A stretch of DNA of 64,000 bases from positions 101,873,741 to 101,937,740 of the forward strand of contig CM041465.1 in NCBI GenBank assembly GCA_023213395.1, in the 5' to 3' direction. This document shows positions 39,359 through 51,210 of this stretch, one piece after another (position 1 is the stretch's first letter; each line of letters begins with the position of its first letter). The notes beneath the pieces were generated by a model that saw only the letters and a program-made list of their open reading frames with translations, searched no databases and was not told where the DNA came from. Origin of the DNA: Cycas panzhihuaensis (taxonomy: Eukaryota > Plantae > Cycadophyta). The position numbers and the translations under genes were made by a program.

Positions 39359-39849
39359 TTTAGTTAGTTTCCCCCTTGGGTTGGGTTTAAGAAAAACAAA
39401 AAAGGGAGAATCAAGGATGTATGCACATAGGCCATGATTAAGATCATTATTTAGGGTACCGTATATGTATTCATTATGATCACATATAAAAAATTATTAC
39501 GATGTAACCACATGCATGAGGAAACCATTAATATGAAAATATGCATGAAAGAAGAACATGTACCATAACATGACTTATGAATTATCTATTCATAAAACAC
39601 TAGTTAAATATAACAATTATCATTATATTAAGTATGATATGAGACTTGGTATTGAGGTTAGTGCTAGATTATTACATGGTCATCCAAGATAAACCTTACC
39701 CCAAATCTAGACTCAAGACCAGTAATATAAACTTTGCACCAATGTCTTTATCCTAATTCCCCATTTGATGACCCCCTCCTTTATGGTTAACTAATTTAAA
39801 TATAATTCCTTTCATAATGCCTCTTGCATGACCTTTCATGACAACTACA
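39359..39849 (-). mobile_element. Probable 3' LTR of a further LTR element M; its internal region continues to the right and its partner LTR lies outside the window
   Basis: Terminal inverted repeat t(t)tagtt...aactaca. The Z RT stops abruptly at 39358. The adjacent tatgtctcgg...gtgctc...cccccc resembles the reverse complement of the H pre-LTR region. No partner LTR or TSD can be checked. Confidence 0.45.
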
Positions 39850-40958
39850 TATGTCTCGGTATACATCGTGCTCCAATATCCATGCCCCCCACTTGTCTCA
39901 CTCAAGTGGCATCAAAATTTCACATCCACCACTAATTTGCTAGTCTAATTTTGTTCCCAATTGCTAGTCTTTTAATTTATGGTAGTATCTTGAATTCTTC
40001 TCTTATCCTTATTATCTCTTCATATTTTAAGCTTAAATGTAGTAAGGTTTCCAATGTTATTTTGTAAAAAAATCTTGTAAAACTCATTGAGGTTTACAAT
40101 CCTTATTATTACTAACAAAAATCTCATATTGCCTAAGGCTTGGCATCACTAAAGTCTTGTTAGCCTCTTAGCACTAAGTTATAATATTCTTGCCATCATC
40201 TCTAAAAGATATTAGCATGTATTTCAATTCTATTATTATCATGTATCATCATTGTGAGAATCATTATCAATCAACTATATATTTATTGTAGTTAGAGAAA
40301 TAGGTAGAAGGCATTTAACAAGTTCATTTAGTTTCTTTATAGGACTAATTGCAATGATAGTTATGCCATGAGTATTGGGGATTCTTCTAGTACTTATGAT
40401 CTCTTATGATGACTATTATGCTTTATCTTACCACATGGACGTATATGTTGTCTTTTATAAACTAAATGCTTAATTGAGGTTCCTTTATCTTTGATCATCC
40501 TAGAGTTTTCTATTTAATTAGCAATATCATGAACATCTATATTGTGTATAATATTTGATTGACTTTGTGATTAATTAGTATTTTGTACGCTAATCTCAAT
40601 AAATATTGATGAACACTCCATTGTGGTTTGACATTCAACTATCGATAAATTACGATAAGCATTACCCATGCTTATGTCATGACACTTTGTAATATAATAT
40701 GTAAATTATTATGGTTATATGTAAAATATATTTATTAAGTTAGTTAATTAATCAATTAGTTAGTTAGAGAATAGTTAGTAGATTGTTAAACTAACTAAGA
40801 TAATTAAATAGTCAATTACACATGTTTGTTGCAACTAAAAGTGACACCATACGTTCAAGGAAAGGAACTAATAGTAGAAGATGCATTCCAAATTAGGAAT
40901 GGACAACACGTGGTCAAAATAGAAAGCATTCCATGTCTGAAATGGTTGTTGTGTAGCA

Positions 40959-41070
40959 GGAACGTATGAAAATAGTATAAGAACACATGAAATAGTGTAG
41001 GAACATATGGAACAGTGCAAGAACATATGCCAGAAAGAAGGAACATATGAGAATGAACAAGGAACACAAC
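40959..41070 (+). repeat. Tandem units of about 20 bp (ggaacrtatg...) in the U3 of H; the 3' LTR has one extra unit (about 50195-50330)
   Basis: Read directly in both LTRs. Confidence 0.85.
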
Positions 41071-41528
41071 ACAGAAGATTGGAATGGTGGTAGTACAAAG
41101 GAGACACACAAGCAACCGTATGAATAGACAGACAACTTTGAATAGACGTTTGTTCCAAGGATTGAACAGTTGTGACTGTAGACGTAATCATTCCTTAATA
41201 GGAATACACATTGTATTTAATCATATATAATCATTGGGATGGATGTGAGAGCTGAGTTAATGAGTTCCAATGGTTCCTGATCTAGTATGGATGACCAATC
41301 AAGACCAAATGGACCCTAAGTGATGTACTTTTGACTATTATCTAATGTAATACAAAGAGTTAAGTGAACAAGTATGTGTACCTATTATGGAATGTATGTG
41401 AATTATGGACTTATGTGGATGATCAATTAAAGAATATGTATATTGACAACCTGCACACACCCTAGACTACAGTGGAAACCCTTGACAAGTGACAATTTGT
41501 AGTAGGGAGCAGATTTATAAGTCAGCAT

Positions 41529-41541
41529 TGGTTCTATTGCC
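41529..41541 (+). promoter_or_regulatory. PBS of H, probably tRNA-Glu type
   Basis: tggttctattgcc equals tggttccgttgcc with one decayed CpG. The tRNA assignment rests on recalled plant tRNA 3' ends. Confidence 0.6.
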
Positions 41542-41646
41542 TAAGTCCACTAAGCAAAGGGAAGAGAAACTAGAAAATTTATATGCAAAAAACAAGCCAC
41601 CCTGGTTGTCACAGTGATGGAAGACTCTAATTAAGTCTAGATAGCC

Positions 41647-44600
41647 ATGGGGACCTTCTAATTCCACCTAAACAACCTTCAAAAATAGAAGAGTCATAAG
41701 CAAAACCTCTAGAGACACCAGAACCAAACAGGCAGAGAGCCCTAAGATTGTCTCGAGAAAAGAAAATAAGGAGAGCAAGGAGATTAAGTATTAAAAAGAA
41801 TGAAGGTCAGAATGAGTCAGTGGATGGATTCGAGGCAAGTGGAGCCCAAACACCATGAGGAATAGAAAATAGAGGCCAAGGGGAGCCCATGTCAATCACA
41901 CCTTCTCCAAGAACATATCATAATGAAGAAAAGGAGATGAAACAAGAGGGAGAAGAAACTAATAGTCTTGAAATAGAACAAAGCTTGGACTCTACTCTAA
42001 AGGATTTGAGTGGTAATGAGGAAAAGGTGGAGGAAGGTCCCCAGGCACATTGGAAAAACCACTTGATCATACAACCTTTTGAAGATCCACTAGAGGGAAA
42101 TAGAGATCAGTCATATATAATAACAACTCTGGTAGTAGCAGAAATACCGAGAGTACTAGGGATTATTCAACTAAAATCGCCAATACGCAATCTTTTATTT
42201 GGGAAGGAGAATAATAGGGAAGAAATACTACCAAGGAGACTTTATTATAAGTTCCCCAAAGAGAAGATAATAATTCGACCTCAAAAGAAAGAAGAGAAAG
42301 AGAAGCTTACAATGGCACATCATAGGGAGTTTAGGAAACTCATCTTCGATGACTCAACCAATGCTATTGAATATATCTATTTATTCCAGAGATTGATTAA
42401 TCTTGAGAAGATTATAGATGAAAATAAAATTAAATAAAGGTTCTCATATTCATTAAGAGGCATACCATTAGCATGGTATAAGCAGCTAGACCAAAATAAA
42501 TCATGGAATGAAATAAAAAAAGAGTTTGAAATAAGATTTCTGAAGTATAGAAATAATGATATCATTGAATTAACACTAAGAGAAATCTAGCAGAAACTCG
42601 GAGAGTCAGTTCTGACCTATGTTAGTAGAATAGACATGATTGTTATTACAATGACCAACAATGAGAAAATTACGGATTTAAGCATGCACACTTTTTTCAT
42701 AAATGGATTAAACACTAAGTTAAGGAATGTAATGGTATCCCATGCATTGAAATCATACAAGCATACATAGGAGTTGGCCTTGGATTTTGAAAATAAGATA
42801 GACATGAAAAGGATAGCATATGACCCTCTAGTGATGAGATTATAAGAGGAGATTAATGAGCTAAAAACCTAGAATTTGAATAGACCTCTCTTCTAAATGA
42901 CAAAGACAAAAGAAATCACATAGGTAGAAGCCTTAAGGAAAGAAGTAGCCAGGCTAAAATTACAGCAAGACAATCTGAGAGAATATTTTAAAACATATTG
43001 GGGAAAAGAACCTCTGATTGAGAAATGGTGGTATATTTGTAAAGAGAGCACCCATACCACCAAGGAATGTGAATGTAATGCAAGAAACTAAAAACAAAAT
43101 GCTTGGTGCCATATATGTGACCAAGGAACACACAACACACATGATTTTTATTTTAACACCAAAGGTTCCAGTGCCTGGGGGAGAGGGCGAGGAAGAAACT
43201 GTATGAACACTCATACAATATACACAACCCAAACCCAACCAGAAAACCCAAGGAAAAAATCTTTGTTGGGCTGATGTTTAATATGCTTGGAGTATGGACA
43301 CTAGAAGTTAGATTGTCTAATAGTGAAAATTCAAAAAGAGTGCCCATACTTGTGTAAGAACTGTGGTCTGAGCACTCACACCACCGAAGAATGCAAAGGC
43401 AAGGGAAAATCCTTAAACAGAGTGACAATCATATATGAATCTCCAAAAAATGTTAACTTATAGAATCAAAGAAATGAAGATGATTATCCTAACCCTAAGA
43501 TAGAAATTGATCAGTTTGTTGCTGCGAAGAAAGCATTAGAAGAAGCTACATAGGAAGAAGGACTCAAATCATTGCCTCTAGGGAAGCCAGAAGTTAAACA
43601 AGTGTACAGAAGAAAGAATAGAAAAATATAGGAACCAGCAGTGTAAGAAAACCAAAGAGGGAACTCAAAAATAGAAGGATTCCTACAAAAGTTATTACTA
43701 AGGGAAAATTTGGTGAATTAATTAAATTTAACCATCCTATTAGGGAAGGTCATTGAGTGGATCAAAGAAGGGAAAATATACTCAAAGAAAGCTTATAGAA
43801 GTTTAAATAAAATCAAACCATCTTGTGATTTGGACCCCTCAGTAGATATTAGCATTTTGGGAATTAATCTCAAAAATATCATCGTGGATGGAGGAGCAGC
43901 AGTGAATGTCCTACTAACCCAAAAATGGAAAAAACTTGGGAGCCCTCAATTAGCATCAACTAACTATTCGTTAAAATTGGCTAACGAACTACTAGTCAAA
44001 CTAGTGGGGCAGCTAGAAAATATCCAAGTGAACGTAGCTGGTATCATCGTTTGAGTTGATTTTACAATTGTTGACACTATGAAAGACATGGTTACCTATC
44101 TAGCATTACTAAGGAGACCATGATTATATCAAACTGAGTGCTTACAAAGCTGGAAGGATGTAAAATTTACCCCCACGGATGGGGAAAACAAAGTTATCCT
44201 CCCTATGTTGGCAAAAAGAAAATATACGATAGAAGTCATTCCAGATACAACATCTAGTATGATAATTGCTACTCAAGAAACTTCTTCTACATTCAATGAA
44301 GATAATCTATACCACATACCAAAGGAGATCAACCATATAAACAATGCCTAGGAATATAAACCAAATGTATATAGGGAATTACCATCTAAAGCATTATCTA
44401 ATGAGAATAAAACCAACCATATTATCTTGCATTAGATGGACAATGCATGTGAAACACAACCCTCTTCTTTTCATTGTAATTTATTGTCCAAATATGTTTC
44501 AATTGATAATAAACTAAATAATAATAATTTAGATTATATATGTTCCAAAAACTATGAAAAACCATTAGAACATAATACAGTCAGAGTTAAATTTTAAATA

Positions 44601-47600
44601 AAACATAAAGTCCATGTAAATCTAATCACAACCCCTCAATCTCCTCTCCAGTCTTCCCTTGCTTCTATAACCCCACCCTTTAGCCCCAAAAGTGAATTGG
44701 GAGATCTAACCAATCTTTGTTTTGACTTTAGAGGTATCCTTCTAAAACCTTTCACCAAAGCCTAATAGGTCAAGATGGAATATCCTACTCCCAATTAAAA
44801 GTATCCATTAAAATCATCCACCTCTCTTTTAGTAAATCTTTCCAATAATTCTAGAATAGAGACTAGCTTACTAAAAATTATAAATACGGATCATCCCATA
44901 AAATGTATACTAGAAGATAAGTCTATTAGGCAAAACCAAATACTACATTCTTAAGAAAAAGAATGGAAGGTATAAAACACTTAATCCAATGTATGGAACA
45001 TTGGTTACAACACAAGACCATAAATAAACAATAATGGGTAATTGGTTTTATAATATCCCTTAAGAAAAATGCCTGGTGGTGGTACATAGCTCATCACCAT
45101 ACCCTACAAACCTGGGAAAACCTACAATGAACTTTAGATTAAGATTTGATATACCTCAGAACTTGATTATTTTAGGGTTTTTAATAGGGGAATGCCTGAA
45201 TAAGCACCTTCTAAGATGTAAAATATTATAGAAACAATGGAGTATTCCCAAGTCACATTGGGCCCATCTTTTTATCCACACCCTAGGAACCCTAGCAAGG
45301 AAATGGTTCCTAAAACATGAACAACTATGGTAGGTATCATAGGAAGAGATTGGACATTCATTTGTCTAGACTTTCTCCTACTCTTCTGATAACCAAACCA
45401 TCAATAAACTATTAAAAAACATAAGGGATATAGGTAGAAAAGTAGAAAAGAATTTAATGTCAATTAAAAATATTAAGGATGTAAAGGACAATGATTATGA
45501 AGAGGAGGAAGCCAACAACTTACCCACTGAATATACAAAATTAAGGTATAAACAACGAGAGATAGAGAACATACCTACTTATCTAAAAGAAGAAGAGAAG
45601 TAATAAGCAGAACTCAAAACAACTCAAATTAACCTTGGGATCAATGCATACCCTAAAAACATTATGATTGGCAATTATTGGGATGAAAGGACAGTGGAAA
45701 AAGCTCAAGCATTATTTGACAAATATTGAGATGCTTTTGCTTATAAAGACCTGAAGGGAATCCTGTCTAAAATCAAAATGCACCACATAGATCTTATTGA
45801 GGGATCAAAATTAGTAAAGCAAAGAATGAACCCCAAATACAAGGAGAAAGTAAAGGTAGAATTAGACACGATATTAGAAGTAGGGTACATATATGAGATT
45901 GAATACAGTGATTGGGTCAGCCCTATTATGGTTGTACCTAAAAAGAACGAAAATAATTGAGTTTGTGTAGACTATTGATAGTTGAATAAAGTCATTAAAA
46001 AGGATCCCTTTTCCATTCCTTTTAAAGAAGAGATTTTAGAAACTGTCAGAGGGAAAGAAGTTTATTCTTTCACGGATGGATTTAGTGAGTATAATTAGGT
46101 GAGTATCGTCCTAAAAGATTAGCATAAAACTACATTCATAACTGAATGGGAAATATATGCATACCATGTTATGCCCTTCAGCTTTACAAATGCCCCAACA
46201 GCTTTCCAATGTATCGTACTAAATATATTCAAAAAGTTAATTCGAGAAATAGTAGTAGTCTTCTTGGACGATTGGACCTTATATAGAGTAATGAAAAATC
46301 ATATGAGAATCTAAGAATAATATTGTAAACTTGTAGAGAAAACCGTTTATGTTTAAATCTAGAAAAATGTACCTTTCTAGTACCCTTTAGAAACCTCCTT
46401 AGACATGTGGTACGCAAGGAAGGATTAATGACTAATCTTACCAAAGTAACAATTATATTACATTTTCCTTAACCCCAGAATAAAAAACAAGTGAAAGGAT
46501 TCCTGGGATTAACAGGATACTATCAAAAATTTGTAAAAGGATATGCATAAATAGTAGGAGCATTAGAAGATCTTCTAAAGAAAGAAATAGAGTGGCAATG
46601 GGGGCCAAAACAACAAAAGTCCTTTGAAACCCTAAAACATACTATAGCATCAACTCTAGTACTACATTTTTCCAATTAGAATAAAATATTCCATGTGTAT
46701 ATAGATGCTTCTTAGTATGCTATTGGGTGTGTTCTAATGCAATTAGGAGATAAGGGTATAGACTGACCTATATACTTTGCTAGTAAAAAATTAACTAAAG
46801 TTAAGTAGAATTATATAACAACAGAAAGGGAAGGACTTGGGATAGTCTATGCACTACAAAAATTTCATCATTGCTTACTTGCAAACCCTTTTATATTCTA
46901 TGTGGACCATCAAGTTGGTTAACGTTATTCAAAGAGTTCACCTTTCAGAATATGGTAAAACCTGGAAAAGCCCATACCATTCCCAATCAACTCTCTAGAA
47001 TTCATAATGGTGAAAAAGATATGGGAATTCTAGAAAATTTTCTAGATATAGCACTTTTTAGCATAGAATCAGTCCCTATAGAATGGTATCAAGATATAAC
47101 GAAATTTTTGGCTATGGGACAGTGCCTACCAACTATGGACGAGACACAAAAATAGAATTTGGTATGAAAAGTAGAACCCTACCAATTAATCAGGGGAGAA
47201 TTATATCGGTTAGGACCCAATGATATCCTACGATGATGCATCTGTCTGTACGAAATAAATCAAGTGATATTCCAAGCTCATAAGGGAATGGCTAAAGGAC
47301 ATGCAGGAACAAGGAATACACAATGAAAAATCTTAACCGTAGGTTTTTAGTGGCCAACCATGTTCAAAGATGTAAAAGGATAGATAAAAAGATGTGATTA
47401 TTGCTAAAGAGTGAGAAAACTCGATATGAAAGACTTCAATCCCCTAAACCCAATTCTCCCATTAGCACCATTTGAGAAATGGGGCCTTGATTTTATCAGA
47501 CCTATCAAACCAGTAGCCAAACGAACGCAAACACGTTACATCCTAGTAGAAATTGACTATGTTGTAAAATGGGTAGAGACCAAACCATTAAGGAAAGTTG

Positions 47601-48333
47601 ATTCAACCAGCATAGCCAGATTCTTTTATGAAGTAAGTATTATCAGATTTAGATGTCCCATTAAGCTCATTAGTGACCAAGGAGCTTATTTCCTTAATGA
47701 AGTGGTAAAAGAACTTACAAAAACTTTTATGGTCACACATCATAAATCCACGCTATATTATCTATGTGTGAATAGACAAGCAGAAAGTTCAAATAAGATA
47801 TTGGAGAACTACTTACGAAAAGTATGTGACATTGGGAGATCTAATTAGGCAGAGAAGCTACGATCCGTTTTATGGGCATTCTACACTACCTACAAACATG
47901 CCACGGGATACACCCTATTTAAGTTAGTTTATGGAATTGAAGCTATACTCCCAATTAAATTTCAGATACCTAGTTTAAGAATTGCTCTAGCTTATCGACT
48001 AGATAATCCAGAATCATTACAAGGACAACTATGGCAATTAATCCAACTTAATAAAAATTGACAAAAATCAGAATGATTACAAAAAATTGAAAAACATAGA
48101 TAAAAGGCATGGCATGATCACCATCTTCGCTACTCTCTATTCTAAGAAGAAGAGCAAGTGTTAGTATATAATAGTAAATTTTGCACCCATCCTGGAAAAT
48201 TGAAACCAAGGTGGTTAGGGCCTTGCCAGGTGGAAAAAATATATCACAATGGATCAGCTCAATTGAGTGATAAAAATGGATATAAACTACTTGCTCTAGT
48301 TAATGGCAGTAAACTAAAGAAATATCACCAATA
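41647..48333 (+). pseudogene. H gag-pol, disrupted
   Basis: Protease IIVDGGAAVNVL (43830-44054). RT WVSPIMVVPKK and VFLDDW. RNase H VYIDAS. Integrase FEKWGLDFI...ISDQG (47411-47848). Ends VNGSKLKKYH. Confidence 0.95.
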
Positions 48334-48889
48334 ATTCTAGTATGAGTTAACTAGATGTATTATATTTGTTGCATGAAGTTGCGAGACAACTGAAGTTATC
48401 CTAGTAATAGTATCATGACTCTACGACAATACATAAACATAAAATCTTGAAAAAAAAAAAAGTAAAATGATGAAAAACTAACTGTAACTCATAAAAATCA
48501 TGAAACTAGACAAAGGTATAAACAAATACACTATGCATTCTAAATAAAGAATGTAAGTAAAGCAAAGGGCTCTTGTATAAGGATGCGTTCCTCCCAGGGA
48601 ATGGAGGAAGATAAAAGATTAGTTGGAAAAAGGGAACCATTCCAAACAAGGAATGGGTAATAGAAAAATAACAACTGCATGAAGGAACTATTCCAAATAG
48701 GGAATGTACATTATTAGATGCATTCCAAAATAGGAATGCGACCTAAACGGGCCAAAAAAAATAGTTTATAAGTGAAGAAACCCTAGAAATGTTCCATTTT
48801 TTGAATGCACATACGGAGAGGAACAAAATCTAGTAAGTAGGAGAATGATTCCATCAAGAATTTAAGAGAGGGAACAAACATTCAATCAG

Positions 48890-49990
48890 GATGATGATTA
48901 TAGGAATGCAAGAGACCTATGCACCAAAACTCCAAATAGAGTTCAAAGAACTTTTAGAAGAATTTAAAGTATAGATTCACCAAGCTAGATGGGGAGACTT
49001 AGTGACTATACCACCTCTATACTAGGATCTAGAAATTATGGAAGAAATCATTGTAGCATTAAAATGGAATCAAGAAAAGTCAAGTTAGATGCAGTCATTA
49101 TTTAAGAAGTTATAGGATTATCAAATGAAGGAGAAACCCCACAGTCACTAAGAAATCAAAGGTGGATAGGGAAACCTAGACAAGGGAACTATGCACTCCT
49201 ACCGTTCAAGTCTTCTTAGGAGGCATTAGGATTATTGATATTACTGACAGAGGGTTGTAGTGGGCAACCAAAGTGTTAGTATCAAAATTCCTCTCAAAGT
49301 ATAAACATATCTATATTCTAGGAGGATTAATACCATTATTGTTGGAATTATGTGATGGAGCTAAAATAAATTGGTGTTAATTTTTGGCCAACAACATGGA
49401 GTAGCAGTTAGGGGATTTACAGTGTCATCCCTTTAGATAACCATCACTCTTACTTGCACTATTATTTCATCAATGTCTAGACATCCATCCTCCTTCACTA
49501 CCTATCTAATCTAGAGAACTGATAATAAAGAAATGGGTTAACACCATGCCCAATAGCATTCAAGATTTGGGAGTGAAGCGTCAAGTTAAGGCAGAGATAA
49601 TGAAAGTTCTCAAATGGGTACAACATAAATTAGGCACTTCCTACCCATATCGACAAAAATAAACAATGAAAAGGGCCTCAAAGAGAAGTAGAGAGTAGCT
49701 TGTTAAAGAAGAATTACCTCCAAAATAGGAAATAGACATTCTTCAAGTAACATCCGAGATAGGGGAGGGTTCTTCTCATCTAGCCGTAAGTGAGAAGGGA
49801 ACATATATAATTCAAGCATTACAAGAATTAGAATAAGGACCATAGGACACAAATAGTAGATCTATAAGAAAAAATCAAGGAGAAGGATGTTATCATAGCA
49901 ACTTTGACCCAGATAAATGAGGACATGTTGAAGGTATCCAAGTCAATGAGACTACAGGAATAGCCCTATTATCAAAGGGGGGAGGAGGAA
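48890..49990 (+). pseudogene. Extra sense ORF downstream of pol in H (Athila env-like / plant transposon protein type)
   Basis: Manual translation gives 'ARWGDLVTIPP...EIMEE', 'II*EVIGLSNEGE', 'LLLELCDGAKINWC*FLA'. Confidence 0.55.
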
Positions 49991-51210
49991 GTAGAATATA
50001 AAAAATTTTAATTTTTTATTTTGAGCACAAATGCTCAACCTATTTTGTGGACCCCGGATAGATGTTACAACTAAAAGTTATACCATACGTTCAAGGAAAG
50101 GAACTAGCAATAGAAGATATATTCTAGATTAAGAATGGGCAACATAGGGCCAAAATAGAAAGCATTCCATGTCTTGAATAGTTGTTGTATAGCAGGAACG
50201 CATGAAATTATGTAAGAACGTATGAAAACAATGCAAGAATACATGAAATAGTGAAGGAATGCATGGAATAGTGCAGGAACGTATGTTGGAAAGAAAGAAC
50301 ATATGAGAACAAACAAGGAACACAATACAGAAGATGGGAATAGTGGCAATATGGAGGAGACACACGAGTAGTTATACGAACAAATAGAGAACTCTGAACA
50401 GATGTCTGTTTTAAGGAACGAATGGTTGCAACTGTAATGCAATCATTCCTCAACCAGGACATACATTGTATTTAATCACATCCAATCATTGGGATGGATG
50501 TGAGAGCTGAGTTAATGAGTTCCAACAGTTCTTGAGCTAGTACAGTTGACCAGTTAAGACTAAATGGACCCCAAGTGATGTACTTTTGACTATATGTGAA
50601 TAAGTATGTGTACCTATTATGGAATGTATATGAATTGTGGACTTATGTGGATGATCAATTAAAGAATATGTATGTTGACCACCTACACACATCCTAGACT
50701 ATAGTGGAAACCCTTGACAAGTGAGAATTTGTAGTAGGGAGTAGATTTATAAGTCAATAATGTTTTCATGTGGTTTCTAATCCCTTACAATAAATAAGAG
50801 GCAGCTTATTGTATAAATCATTAATGAGTGTGTATTTATGAATGTAAGTCAAATCTTAAGATAGTAGAAGAGAACTCATTCTATCACCTCTTTGGCAATC
50901 CCTATTTAATGGGAAGTTTTCTTTGGCATTATATTTTCCTATGATTACACATCAAAGTAGCCTCTTTATTGATTGGCCTAAGGTCTAGATGTGCACATGC
51001 TTGATTGATAATTACATATATTTTTTACATGAGTTTTACTTTTTGATCAACATATTTATAGATTATTATCTATTAACACTTTGTAATCAATGCTTGTACC
51101 ATTACCTCTTTGCTCCTATTCTAATTTATAATGTTGGTAAGACTAATCTTTGATTGATATCCTACCCCTCTTTAATTGATTATCTTAATAATCAATGGTT
51201 GACATTAAAA

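Larger units (their letters stand above)
40827..50759 (+). mobile_element. Ty3/gypsy non-chromovirus (Athila/Tat-like) element H, full length
   Basis: LTRs 40827-41527 and 50063-50759. Perfect TSD atgtt. Domain order gag-PR-RT-RH-INT, no chromodomain, long 3' region. Confidence 0.96.
40688..50949. mobile_element. Possible small solo LTR (about 325 bp: 40688-40826 plus 50760-50949) that received H
   Basis: tgtaat...attaca termini, tagttagtt repeats and a TATA-like motif. The TSD is unconvincing (cactt/catca). Confidence 0.4.

Noticed and set aside
40855-41191. Overlapping hydrophobic minus-strand ORFs here and at 50104-50462
   Set aside because: They are antisense readings of the purine-rich tandem repeats in the H LTRs.
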